This document shows, piece by piece, positions 8,368 through 17,517 of a stretch of DNA of 31,125 nucleotides. The stretch is from NCBI GenBank assembly GCA_049521275.1, contig JBEKOZ010000008.1, positions 1 through 31,125 on the forward strand. Reading direction: 5' to 3'. Position numbers and translations under genes: made by a program. Under the pieces are notes generated by a model. That model was not told where the DNA came from. It saw only the letters and a program-made list of their open reading frames with translations, and did no database searches. The first letter of the stretch is position 1; each line of letters begins with the position of its first letter. Source of the stretch: Bryobacteraceae bacterium (GTDB taxonomy: Bacteria > Acidobacteriota > Terriglobia > Bryobacterales > Bryobacteraceae).

Positions 8368-9048
8368 CTAAAATAGAGCCCTTAATTGACCAAAACTAGC
8401 TACGATTTTGAGCCTTTCGCCGCCCTCGCGTAACTCCTGATGCTCCAACACCCAGGTATGGGCATGCGGCACCAGCACCGCGTTCAACCCCGCTTCGAGC
8501 GCCGGATTGATGTCCGACTTCGGCGAATTTCCGATCATCCACGTGTCCCGCGGATCGAAGCGCCTTTCTTCGACAAGTCTTTGATAAGCCGAGGCGTCTT
8601 TCTCTTTCACGATCGCCAGGTGGCTGAAATATCGCCCCAGGCCGGAGCGGTCGACCTTCATCCGCTGCTCCTCGGGATGCCCTTTGGTGAACAACGTAAG
8701 TTCATGACGCCCGGCCAGTTCGGCGAGCGTTTCCTCCACGCCGTCAATCACTTCGAGCGGCTGCTCCAGAATCCTCTCCGCCAGCGCCATCACCCGCTCT
8801 AGATCGTGCGGGCGAATTTCACGCTCGGCCAGATGCCGGTAAGCCTGCTGCAAATTGCGCCCAAAGCTTTTCGATCCATAGCCATACAGCTTCGCATTTA
8901 CCAGTTCGATCTCATTCAGCACCTCGCGAACCTGGACCGGCGTCAGCCTGGAATGATCTAAAAATGAGCAAAAATCGTCAAAAGCACGCTCGAAATAGAT
9001 GTTATTTTCCCAAAGCGTGTCATCCGCGTCGAATACCAGCCAGCTCAT
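8368..9048 (-). CDS. HAD-superfamily hydrolase
   Basis: Motif I FDADDTLW, motif II TKG, K in VKEKD, motif IV variant IGNSPKSDI. Start overlaps the upstream gene's stop (ATGA). Confidence 0.92.
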   Translation of the reverse strand: MSWLVFDADDTLWENNIYFERAFDDFCSFLDHSRLTPVQVREVLNEIELVNAKLYGYGSKSFGRNLQQAYRHLAEREIRPHDLERVMALAERILEQPLEVIDGVEETLAELAGRHELTLFTKGHPEEQRMKVDRSGLGRYFSHLAIVKEKDASAYQRLVEERRFDPRDTWMIGNSPKSDINPALEAGLNAVLVPHAHTWVLEHQELREGGERLKIVASFGQLRALF

Positions 9049-9656
9049 TCGATTTTGCTCAGTCCCCGACCGTGCCCGTTGCGCGGCGCGACCTCTTTCA
9101 CATGCTGAATGCGGCGCTGACGGAGGTTGTGAACGGGAAAGAAATCAGCAAGTTGGCGCATCCGGTCGGCCTCGCTGCGGGTGGCGAGCAGAGCCTGCCG
9201 GAAGCCCAGATCGGACACCTCCCGCGCCAGCCGAAAGCTCAACTGCGGTTGATCCAAATCAATGGCTTCCTTCGAAATCTCGTGATATCCGTCGATCGCG
9301 CGCTGGCGGATGTCGGGCGCGACGGGCGATTCCTCGTCATCGTCGAAAAACTCCACCGCGCCGCGCAAAAACGACCGTTCGTCGTTGAGCGTCATGATCT
9401 CGAAGCGCCGGCGTCCGCGCGCCAGAATGTCCATGCGTCCGTCCGGGTACTCGCGCAACACCTTATCGATCAGCGCGGTGCAGCCGGTGTTGACGATCCC
9501 TTTTTCGCTGGCCAGGATCACGCCGAACTCCTGGCGGTCGCGCACCACTTCGCCGATCATTTCCTTATAGCGATCCTCGAAAATATGCAGCGGCAGTTCG
9601 GCGCCGGGCAACAGCACCACCTGGAGCGGAAATAGAGGCAACAAACCCGGCTGCAT
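9045..9656 (-). CDS. Stand-alone LON peptidase substrate-binding (LON N-terminal) domain protein (203 aa)
   Basis: Start at MQPGLLPLFPLQVVLLPGAELPLHIFEDRYKEMI, followed by GCTA and DGRMDILARGRRRF. No AAA+ or protease domain. The upstream extension in the ORF track is the antisense of aroK. Confidence 0.88.
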   Translation of the reverse strand: MQPGLLPLFPLQVVLLPGAELPLHIFEDRYKEMIGEVVRDRQEFGVILASEKGIVNTGCTALIDKVLREYPDGRMDILARGRRRFEIMTLNDERSFLRGAVEFFDDDEESPVAPDIRQRAIDGYHEISKEAIDLDQPQLSFRLAREVSDLGFRQALLATRSEADRMRQLADFFPVHNLRQRRIQHVKEVAPRNGHGRGLSKIE

Positions 9657-9698
9657 GCTACCATTATCACTTTCGCGCGTTCGCAATGTTAGAACAAC

Positions 9699-10200
9699 AT
9701 GATTCTTAAGCTCAAACGCACGCCTGGTATTTATCTGGTGGGATTCATGGGCTGCGGCAAATCGACGGTCGGCCGGGCCCTGGCCGACGAATTGGGCTGG
9801 AGCTTTTTCGATCTGGACGACGAGATCGAGAGCTGCGCGGGCTCGACCATCAGCGAAATTTTCGACCGGCAAGGCGAGGAAATATTTCGCGCGCTCGAGG
9901 CCTCGGCGCTGGCCAAGCGCGTGCGCGCGGTACAATCCGGGCATCCACAGGTTGAGCGATAAAAACTTCGAGCTGGTTTCAAATCACGGCATCCTGGTGT
10001 GGCTGGACGCTCCATTTGAGTTGATCGAGAAGCGGGTGGCGGCCGAGTCGCATCGGCCGCTGGCGCGCGATCCTCGAAAAATGCGGGAGCTGTTCGAGAT
10101 TCGCTGCCCGCGGTACGCGCTCGCCGATTATCGCGTGGAGGCTCCTGACGAGGAAGCCGTGGCGACGGTGCAGCGGATTCTCAAGCTTCCGCTGTTTTGA
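9699..10200 (+). pseudogene. aroK: Shikimate kinase split into two frames by an internal deletion
   Basis: 9699..9962 carries the P-loop GFMGCGKSTVG, DLD and FRALE. 9952..10200 carries VWLDA, RPLA, R.P.Y. The junction CAG GTT G|AGC GAT lacks the conserved (S/A)LGGG segment in every frame. Confidence 0.8.
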
Positions 10201-10207
10201 TCGGTTT

Positions 10208-10225
10208 CACAGACTGAAGTCTGTG
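10208..10225. repeat. REP-like hairpin CACAGAC-TGAA-GTCTGTG
   Basis: Perfect 7-bp stem just after the aroK stop. A related inverted copy at 10234-10387 is interrupted by an insertion. Confidence 0.6.
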
Positions 10226-10247
10226 CAGTCTTGGTGGCACAGGTTTA

Positions 10248-10376
10248 GAGGTTGCGGAAAAAGTCGTCCGGATGATCGCTCCCTGTGGTCGCGGCTCGGT
10301 AAGCGTTTGATTTTACGTAGTGCCGATTCCGAGCCGCGACCGCAGGGAGCGATCTCTACGACTTTTCCGCAGCCTC
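10248..10376. mobile_element. 129-bp non-autonomous MITE-like element with TIRs and a 4-bp TTTA target duplication
   Basis: Left end GAGGTTGCGGAAAAAGTCGT; reverse complement of right end GAGGCTGCGGAAAAGTCGT. TTTA at 10244-10247 and 10377-10380. Internal 26-bp inverted repeat at 10274-10299 / 10329-10354 (1 mismatch). No transposase in the window. Confidence 0.7.
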
Positions 10377-10400
10377 TTTAGACTGTGAAGGGGCGCAAGA

Positions 10401-11690
10401 ATGAGTCACAACACACGCCGCAAACACGCGCTTCAGATTTTTCGCGCCGCTTTGGCCGCGGCCGATCCGCAGGAAGCGGTGCTGCGTCATCTGAAATTCG
10501 ATGGACGGACGATCACTGCCGGACGCCGGAAGTATTCCATAAAAAAATTCGACCGCGTTCAAGTGATCGGCGCCGGGAAGGCGAGCGCGGCCATGGCTCG
10601 GGCGGTGGAAAGGCTGCTCGGCAAGCGCATTGCCGGCGGATGGATCAACGTCAAGGACGGACATACGGCTCATCTGCGGCGGATTCATCAACAGGAATGT
10701 GGGCATCCGGTTCCCGATGAGCGCGGCGTCGAAGGCGCGCGCAGGATGGCGGAAATCGCGCGTGAGGCAGGCCCGCGCGACTTGCTGATTTGCGTAATCT
10801 CCGGTGGCGCATCCGCTCTGACGCCCGCGCCCATACCGCCGATGACGCTCGGCCAGAAACAGGAGCTGACGAAAAAACTGCTGGCGAGCGGGGCGACGAT
10901 TCATGAGATCAACACCGTCCGCAAACATTTATCGTCGATCAAAGGCGGGCAACTGGCGAAGCTGGCGTATCCGGCGACGACCATCGCGCTGATTCTATCG
11001 GACGTGATTGGCGACGATCTGGACGTGATCGGCTCGGGTCCGACGGTGGGGGACCGGTCGACGGTCGCGGACGCACGCGCGGTGCTCGGGAAGTACGGGA
11101 TTGCGCAGGTGGAATTTCACGAGACTCCGAAGCCGGGCGATCGAGAGCTGGAGGGCGTCCAAAACATCATCGTCGGCAGCAACCAACAGGCGATCGACGC
11201 GGCAGCACGGCAAGCGAAGGCGCTGGGGTACCGGACGATGGTGTTGTCGACCCGGATCGAAGGCGAGACGCGCGACATCGCGGGCGTGCACGCGGCGATC
11301 GCAAAAGAAATTCTAGCGACCGGCCGTCCGTTGCGCACGCCGGCATGCGTGCTCTCGGGCGGCGAGACTACGGTGACGATTCGCGGGTCGGGGATGGGCG
11401 GCCGCAACCAGGCGTTTGTGCTGGCAGCCGCGATTGCGCTCGATGAGTCAGGTCCAGTAACGGTGTTGAGCGCGGGCACGGACGGCACCGACGGACCCAC
11501 AGATGCGGCGGGAGCGATTGCGGATTCCACGACGGTGTCGCGTGCGCGAGCGCTCGGCCTGGATGTGGGGGCGTTCCTGGTTGAGAACGACTCGTATCAT
11601 TTTTTTGAGAAGGTCGAGGGGCTGATTAAGACCGGGCCGACGGGTACGAATGTGATGGATGTGCGGGTGGTGTTGGTGGGAGGTGGTTGA
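10401..11690 (+). CDS. Glycerate 2-kinase / hydroxypyruvate reductase family (TtuD/GckA; DUF4147 + MOFRL)
   Basis: GAGKASAAMA, ISGGASAL, INTVRKHLSSIKGGQLA, SDVIGDDL..IGSGPT, GGETTV, GGRN, GTDGTDG, TGPTGTNVMD motifs. Confidence 0.95.
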   Translation: MSHNTRRKHALQIFRAALAAADPQEAVLRHLKFDGRTITAGRRKYSIKKFDRVQVIGAGKASAAMARAVERLLGKRIAGGWINVKDGHTAHLRRIHQQECGHPVPDERGVEGARRMAEIAREAGPRDLLICVISGGASALTPAPIPPMTLGQKQELTKKLLASGATIHEINTVRKHLSSIKGGQLAKLAYPATTIALILSDVIGDDLDVIGSGPTVGDRSTVADARAVLGKYGIAQVEFHETPKPGDRELEGVQNIIVGSNQQAIDAAARQAKALGYRTMVLSTRIEGETRDIAGVHAAIAKEILATGRPLRTPACVLSGGETTVTIRGSGMGGRNQAFVLAAAIALDESGPVTVLSAGTDGTDGPTDAAGAIADSTTVSRARALGLDVGAFLVENDSYHFFEKVEGLIKTGPTGTNVMDVRVVLVGGG

Positions 11691-11780
11691 TGTTCCAGTT
11701 GCGCCAGCTGTTCCGCCAGCCGGCCAAAAGATCTGCTTGTCCCGGCAGACGAAGCTACACCTGTGCGGGCGCAGACGAGA

Positions 11781-11825
11781 CGTCGAGAAGAGTCTCGACG
11801 CGGCACGCAAGAGTGCGTGCGCCAC
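11781..11825 (-). repeat. Double-hairpin REP-like element, copy 2 (intergenic, between convergent genes)
   Basis: Reverse complement reads GTGGCGCACGCACTCTTGCGTGCCGCGTCGAGACTCTTCTCGACG, the same family as 5562 and 23147. Confidence 0.85.
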
Positions 11826-11857
11826 AGCGTGCTAAACGATATCTCTGCGACAGGCCA

Positions 11858-12676
11858 CTAGAGCGGTGAATCCGGGCGGATCATCGATCGCCACATGTGC
11901 GCCACCGGGCTGTTATCGTATCCCAGTCCTTCTTCAGGCTGTTTCATCTGCCGTCCGATGATGTCGATGAACGGATCGATGGTCACCTTCACGTTCGGGT
12001 CGAATGCATACAGGTCGTTCACCGTTACCTGGCGCGGAAGAATGTACTTCTTGTGGTTGCGCACCATCTTGTAGGTGTCCTCAATGTACTTCTCCGGCTT
12101 GTAATCGGCGCCAAACATGTTCCGGTACAGGTCGGGGTACTCGTAGCCGGCTTCCTTGTCCTCGTAAAAGCGCAGCGCCTGGTGGTAGCGAATCGCGAAC
12201 GTCACGTTCTCGGAAACGTAGGGTTCGAACATCTGCGCGCCCCACCAGCCGTGGTCTACCTTGATGAGCGCGTGCACCAGATCGTGGCAGAGGCAGGCGA
12301 ATATGATCTCGTCGCTCATGCCCGTCTTCATGGCTTGGTTGGCGCTCTGCAGGCAGTGATTCGCCGCGCCGCTCATACGGAGGTTAAAAAAGTCGAGGAA
12401 CGTAGGCTTATCCGGCATCCTGGGCAGAATCTTCACCGTCGGCCGTCCGCCCACGAACAGATTGCCTACGCCTCTGCGATTGGGCCGGGTCTCAATCTGC
12501 GCCTCCACCTCCGCGGCGGTGGGAAATTTCTTCGGAGTATCGTCCAGTGCCGCGTCCAGCGCTTCGCTCAGGGCATCTTCGAGAGCGTCCGCTTTCGCTT
12601 CGTCCGACATCAAACCGACGGCTGCGGCGCCGCCCAGTGAAGCGATAAACAGCCTGCGATCCAAGTTCAAATTCAT
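11858..12676 (-). CDS. HD-domain protein (PhnZ/MIOX-like metal ligand set) with a twin-arginine-like signal (272 aa)
   Basis: Start ATG at 12676 with AAGGAG RBS. N-terminus DRRLFI + hydrophobic stretch + AKA. Motifs NHCLQSA, CHDL, DHGWWGA, RYHQ, VNDLYAFDP. Confidence 0.7.
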   Translation of the reverse strand: MNLNLDRRLFIASLGGAAAVGLMSDEAKADALEDALSEALDAALDDTPKKFPTAAEVEAQIETRPNRRGVGNLFVGGRPTVKILPRMPDKPTFLDFFNLRMSGAANHCLQSANQAMKTGMSDEIIFACLCHDLVHALIKVDHGWWGAQMFEPYVSENVTFAIRYHQALRFYEDKEAGYEYPDLYRNMFGADYKPEKYIEDTYKMVRNHKKYILPRQVTVNDLYAFDPNVKVTIDPFIDIIGRQMKQPEEGLGYDNSPVAHMWRSMIRPDSPL

Positions 12677-12800
12677 TCCGACACTCCTTTTGACCGTGGA
12701 TTGGATTCCATGATATCCCGATCTCCCGGCCGCACGCACGCTTTGTTCTTTCCCCTTCATAAAGCTTCCTCGCGCCTGTGCCGATTAACTGTTTGGACAT

Positions 12801-13580
12801 ATGTCGAGTACGAACACGGAACCTTCGCCATCAGAGAAAGGCCCATCGGAGAAAGGCCCATCGGAGAAAGGCCTATCAAAGATGGGCTTCGCCTCTCTGC
12901 TGACGTACCTCGACTGGAAAAAAGATAAGAAGCGCATTCTGCTGATAGCTGGCGGCGCTGTGCTGGCATTGGTCATCGTGGTGCTGATTCCCGGCGGCGG
13001 CGCGAACGCCAACGGCTATAGCGAGAGCCAGATGAAGAGCAATCCCATCCAGGCCCTCGCGAGCATGGCGGCCAAGATGCGGCCGGATCTTGAGCTCGCT
13101 TCCGTTGATGGCGCCAGGCAGACGGTCACACTCAAAGACAAGAACGGCGCTTCCTTCACGTTCCAGTTCGATCCGCAGACGAAAGCGCTGGTCCCTGTCC
13201 CGGCCGCTCAGCCGAAAGTGGCAGAACACGCGTCGCCTCCGCCGCCGGAACAGCCTGCCTCGACACTTCTTAGGGGGTTGCCGGACTGGATGCCGGTCTA
13301 TCCCGACACAACCCCCGAAATCGTGTCCTCCGCCGTCACCCCCGAAGGAGATAAAGAAACCATCGCGACGTTTAAGTCCGGCGCCAAGCCCCCGGAAATC
13401 GTTCAGTTCTACGAGACAAAGCTACAGGCAAGCGGATTCCAAATCGAAGTCGCTTCGAGTGGCGAGCAGAGCGGCATGATTCAGGCCCAGGATGGTGAAA
13501 AAAAACGCATGCTGATCCTGAACGTCAGCCCTGAGGAGACCGGAACGCTCTCGCGCGTGGTCACCGTCCAGAAGAAATAA
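12801..13580 (+). CDS. Hypothetical single-pass membrane protein
   Basis: 259-aa ORF: N-terminal (PSEKG)n repeats, basic patch, one hydrophobic segment (ILLIAGGAVLALVIVVLIP), Pro-rich linker, globular C-terminus. No recognised family. Confidence 0.7.
   Translation: MSSTNTEPSPSEKGPSEKGPSEKGLSKMGFASLLTYLDWKKDKKRILLIAGGAVLALVIVVLIPGGGANANGYSESQMKSNPIQALASMAAKMRPDLELASVDGARQTVTLKDKNGASFTFQFDPQTKALVPVPAAQPKVAEHASPPPPEQPASTLLRGLPDWMPVYPDTTPEIVSSAVTPEGDKETIATFKSGAKPPEIVQFYETKLQASGFQIEVASSGEQSGMIQAQDGEKKRMLILNVSPEETGTLSRVVTVQKK
12828..12887 (+). repeat. In-frame 15-bp tandem repeat (3 near-perfect + 1 degenerate unit)
   Basis: CCATCAGAGAAAGGC CCATCGGAGAAAGGC CCATCGGAGAAAGGC CTATCAAAGATGGGC, encoding PSEKG x3. 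Confidence 0.9.
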
Positions 13581-13637
13581 AGCGCCTGCCCCTCGCGCGG
13601 AAACGAATCCTACTCGAGCCGCGCCACTCTCTCAGGT

Positions 13638-16526
13638 TTACAAGTGTGGTTTGAGGAATCGCCCGGTGTGGGATGTTTTGCATGCCGCGACGTTCTCAGG
13701 AGTTCCGCTCACGACCACTTCCCCGCCCGCGTGACCGCCTTCGGGACCGAGGTCGACGACGTAATCGGCGGTTTTGATGACATCGACGTGATGTTCGATC
13801 AGCAGAACGGTATGCCCTGCATCCACGAGCCGGTGCAGAGATTCGAGCAGCCGCTCGATGTCCGCGAGATGCAGGCCGGTGGTCGGTTCGTCGAGGATGT
13901 AGACTGTGTGTTTCGACCGCTGCAGCTTGCTCAACTCCGTCGCGATCTTGATGCGCTGCGCTTCGCCGCCGGAGAGAGTCGTCGCCGACTGGCCCAGCGT
14001 GAGGTAACCCAGTCCGAGATCACTCAGCACCTGAATCTTCTTGCCCACGGCGGGTTCGGCGGCGAAGAATGTTACGCCTTCTTCAATCGACATGTTGAGC
14101 ACGTCGTCGATGGTTTTTCCGTGGAGCGTAACATCCAACGTTTCGGCATTGAATCGCGCGCCTTTGCAGGCGCCGCAAGTAACTTCCACATCGGGCATGA
14201 AATAGAGCTGCGTGGTGATGGTGCCTTCGCCCTGGCATTCCTCACAGCGGCCTCCTTTCACGTTGAAACTGAATCGTCCCGCCTTGTAGCCTCTCTCGGC
14301 CGATAGAGGAGCTTCCGTGAACATGTCACGGATATTGTCGTAGAAGCCGATGTAGGTTGCCGGATTCGAGCGGCTGTTTCGTCCGATCGGAGATTGATCG
14401 ATGTTTACAACTTTGTGGACGTGCTCGATGCCGTCGATGCCGTCGTGATCGCCGGGTAGAGTGCGGGTATCGACCAGGCGCTTCCATAACGCCTGATAGA
14501 GGATCTCATTGATCAGCGTGCTCTTGCCCGAGCCGGAGGCTCCGGTAATCGCCACCATGACGCCGAGCGGGAACGTCACGTCGATGTTCTTGAGGTTGTT
14601 TTCGCGCGCGCCGCGCACGGTGAGCGATTTGCCATTGCCTTGGCGGCGCTGCTTCGGCGTCGCGATCCTCCGTCTGCCTGACAGGAACTGACCGGTCGGC
14701 GACGCTTTACAGGCGAGCACGTCCTTTATGGTCCCCTGGACCACCACTTCTCCGCCGTGCACGCCAGGGCCTGGTCCCATTTCCACGATGTGATCGGCCG
14801 CGCGAATGGTGTCCTCGTCGTGCTCGACCACGATGACCGTGTTGCCGATATCCCGCAAACTTTCGAGCGTCGCGATCATCTTCACGTTGTCTTTCGGATG
14901 GAGGCCGATGCTCGGCTCGTCGAGAACGTAGAGCATTCCCATCAGACCGGAGCCGATTTGGGTGGACAAGCGGATTCGCTGGGACTCACCGCCGGAGAGC
15001 GTTCCAGAGCGCCGGTTGAAACTCAGGTAATCGAGTCCGATGCCCAGCAATAATTTCACCCGGGCGCGGATCTCGCCCAGCACATGCCGGCCGGCGTCCG
15101 CACCGCGACCCGTGGGCTTGATGGCGCCGAGAAACGCGTGCAGTTCGTCGAAGTGAAGCTGCCCCATGTGGTAAATCGTCCGGTCATCGATCGTGAACAG
15201 CAGACGCGTCGCCCGCAGGCGCGCTCCTTTACAATCGGGGCAGGTGTGTTCGACCATCACTTTGTCGAGCCACGCCTCCATCCCTGAGCTGGCTTCGCCG
15301 CGTTGGCGATAGCGGCGGTATTGGCGTTCGATTCGCCGCGCAATTCCGCCGAAGCCGACCTCTTTGCCCACCGAATCCTCGCGCTTGACCTTTGCGTCCG
15401 GTGGCATGACGATCACGACCTTCTTGCCATCAAGGCCGTTCAGGATTATGGTTCGCACGCTCTCGGGGAGCTCCCGCCAGGGAGTTTCGAGAGAGAAGCG
15501 GAAAGCTTTTGAGAGGCTATAGATCATTCGTCCGTCCCACGTGTCGGGGTTGTATTTGAAGGCCTCGCGAACGAAGCAGCCTCCGGCGATGCTACGGCGC
15601 GGATCCGGAACCAACAATTCGGGATGGGTCAGTTTATGGACGCCGAGTCCGCCGCAAGTCCGGCAAGCGCTCTCGGGGTTGTTGAACATGAAGTATTCGG
15701 GCTGGATGTCGCCATAAGTGAAATGGTGGGTCCTGCTGGAGAGCCCCTTGTAGAAACGGTCGGCGGCCGCGCTGCCGACGCCTTTGACGATGTGCACCTG
15801 GACGAGTCCGTCGCCAACGAGAAGCGTTGCGGCGATTCCCGCTTTCATCGCTTTTTCATGCTTTCGGGCAACAATAAACCGATCGACCACCGCATCCATA
15901 TGGTTGACTTTCGAGTCGTCGAGTTCGATCACCGCCGAAATGTCGACGAGCTTGCCGTCGAAAATCATGCGGCGGCAACCTTTCTTGCGGATCTCGGTGA
16001 GGACGAAGTCCAAGTCCTCGCCGTACTGTTTGAAGACGGGTGCGCGAAGTTCGATCTCGGCGCCTTCGGGCAAAGACATGATCGCTTCGAGAATCTGGCT
16101 GGAACTGCGGCTCGGAGTCGGCTCGCCCGTGCGGGGACAGTGCGGCTGGCCGATGGTGGCGTAAAGAAGATTGAGGTAACTCGCGATGTCGGTCATGGTG
16201 CCGACGGTTGAGCGAGGATTGTTGGCGATGGTTTTCTGCTCGATCGAAATGACCGGGGAGAGGCCGTAGATGAAATCGACATCGGGCTTGGCCACCTGAG
16301 CGACGAAACGCTTCGCGTAGCTCGAAAGCGATTCCATGAAGCGGCGCTGTCCTTCGGCGTAAATCGTATCGAAGGCGAGGCTCGACTTGCCCGATCCCGA
16401 GAGCCCGGTAACGACCACGAGTTTGTCGCGCGGAATCTCGAGCGATACATTCTTGAGGTTGTGCACGCGCGCGCCGTGGACTGCGATCGTGGTGCGCACC
16501 GCGGTCTTCGGCGTTCTAGAAGCCAT
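13638..16526 (-). CDS. uvrA: UvrA-family ABC ATPase (excinuclease ABC subunit A or paralogue)
   Basis: [62 protein letters not shown]-terminal Zn finger CEECQG...[25 protein letters not shown]. Confidence 0.92.
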   Translation of the reverse strand: MASRTPKTAVRTTIAVHGARVHNLKNVSLEIPRDKLVVVTGLSGSGKSSLAFDTIYAEGQRRFMESLSSYAKRFVAQVAKPDVDFIYGLSPVISIEQKTIANNPRSTVGTMTDIASYLNLLYATIGQPHCPRTGEPTPSRSSSQILEAIMSLPEGAEIELRAPVFKQYGEDLDFVLTEIRKKGCRRMIFDGKLVDISAVIELDDSKVNHMDAVVDRFIVARKHEKAMKAGIAATLLVGDGLVQVHIVKGVGSAAADRFYKGLSSRTHHFTYGDIQPEYFMFNNPESACRTCGGLGVHKLTHPELLVPDPRRSIAGGCFVREAFKYNPDTWDGRMIYSLSKAFRFSLETPWRELPESVRTIILNGLDGKKVVIVMPPDAKVKREDSVGKEVGFGGIARRIERQYRRYRQRGEASSGMEAWLDKVMVEHTCPDCKGARLRATRLLFTIDDRTIYHMGQLHFDELHAFLGAIKPTGRGADAGRHVLGEIRARVKLLLGIGLDYLSFNRRSGTLSGGESQRIRLSTQIGSGLMGMLYVLDEPSIGLHPKDNVKMIATLESLRDIGNTVIVVEHDEDTIRAADHIVEMGPGPGVHGGEVVVQGTIKDVLACKASPTGQFLSGRRRIATPKQRRQGNGKSLTVRGARENNLKNIDVTFPLGVMVAITGASGSGKSTLINEILYQALWKRLVDTRTLPGDHDGIDGIEHVHKVVNIDQSPIGRNSRSNPATYIGFYDNIRDMFTEAPLSAERGYKAGRFSFNVKGGRCEECQGEGTITTQLYFMPDVEVTCGACKGARFNAETLDVTLHGKTIDDVLNMSIEEGVTFFAAEPAVGKKIQVLSDLGLGYLTLGQSATTLSGGEAQRIKIATELSKLQRSKHTVYILDEPTTGLHLADIERLLESLHRLVDAGHTVLLIEHHVDVIKTADYVVDLGPEGGHAGGEVVVSGTPENVAACKTSHTGRFLKPHL

Positions 16527-17457
16527 CGGGCGTTGCTCCCAAGTGAACGAACGCCAGCTCCAGGACCTGAATATTGCTCTTCTTGGTCAGCTGCACCGGC
16601 GTCGAAGCGACTCCAATCAAGCCGCGATCGGCAAGATACTCGCAGGCGGAAGTAATCCCTTCGATATTTAAGCTCCTCTTAAAGTCGGCCTCGATCTCCG
16701 TCGCGGATCGCGCCTCACCCACCTCTTGCAAATAGTCCAGAATGGGGCGAAAGAGCGCGTCCGTCCGATCCGCCAGATAGCGGTCGACTGCGTCTAAAGC
16801 GCCTTGCACAGCTTTGCGCGTTTTTTTCTGATTCAGCAGATCCGAATAGATCGTGCGGAAGAATGTAGGGTTGAGCTTCAGCGCTTGCGGAATCACCTCG
16901 CGATCCGCGAGTAGCCGCGCCGCGATGACCTCGATCCGGGCCAGAGGAGTGGCCGCGTAGAGAATCCAGAGCGCGGCGTAGTCCAGATCGCCGCGAGTGA
17001 TGAGCCATTTGTGAGCCTTGTAGATCGAGCCGACAGCCTGTGTCGCCGCACTCAACAGTTGCACTTGCACGTCACGCTCGCCGATCTCGTGCAGCCTTTC
17101 GCAGAGATGGGCGATCGTAGGATCGTGGGTGTAGAGCAACCGGCCCTTCGCCAGCAATGAGTGCATGAAGGAGTTTCGCACTGCTCCTTCCACGGTCTTG
17201 CGGAACTCGGCACGCGGGATCAGGAATGCGTGGACGTTGACGTTGCCGGCGAGCAGCGCGAGGCTTCCCGTTTCCGCCTTCTTTTCGTCGACCGTAATCA
17301 AGGCCAAGTCGATATCGGACTTCGCCCACACCGTATCGTGCGACAGACTACCGCAGAGGATGGCAGCCAGGATCGTCCTGTCGCCCTTCACCTGCGCGAC
17401 GAGATGGTCCAGCGCCTCGGTGAACTGCTTCCGAATCTCAGGTATCGAAGCGCTCAT
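16516..17457 (-). CDS. Pol-beta-superfamily nucleotidyltransferase-domain protein with helical middle and predicted C-terminal wHTH
   Basis: hGS-x10-DhD signature ([19 protein letters not shown]). C-terminal [28 protein letters not shown] is wHTH-like (inference). Stop overlaps the uvrA start by 11 bp. Confidence 0.72.
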   Translation of the reverse strand: MSASIPEIRKQFTEALDHLVAQVKGDRTILAAILCGSLSHDTVWAKSDIDLALITVDEKKAETGSLALLAGNVNVHAFLIPRAEFRKTVEGAVRNSFMHSLLAKGRLLYTHDPTIAHLCERLHEIGERDVQVQLLSAATQAVGSIYKAHKWLITRGDLDYAALWILYAATPLARIEVIAARLLADREVIPQALKLNPTFFRTIYSDLLNQKKTRKAVQGALDAVDRYLADRTDALFRPILDYLQEVGEARSATEIEADFKRSLNIEGITSACEYLADRGLIGVASTPVQLTKKSNIQVLELAFVHLGATPDGF

Positions 17458-17475
17458 GTTCGACGATCACTTCGG

Positions 17476-17507
17476 ATTATCATAACCTGAACGAAGTTGA
17501 TTAGAAC
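17476..17507 (-). promoter_or_regulatory. Candidate -10 (TATGAT/GATAAT) plus a near-consensus GTTC-N7-GTTC LexA box upstream of the NTase-uvrA pair
   Basis: Minus strand reads GTTC-TAATCAA-CTTC-GTTC-AGGT-TATGATAAT. Plus-strand 17493-17507 is GAAG-N7-GAAC (1 mismatch). Confidence 0.35.
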
Positions 17508-17517
17508 TCGCTTGGAC

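Noticed and set aside
9952-9962. Programmed frameshift in aroK
   Set aside because: Frameshifting cannot restore the missing GGG motif; the nearby A-run lies after the point of loss.
11395-11425. GGRNQA instead of the usual GGRNQE in glycerate kinase
   Set aside because: The other conserved motifs are intact; a single substitution is not interpretable without an alignment.
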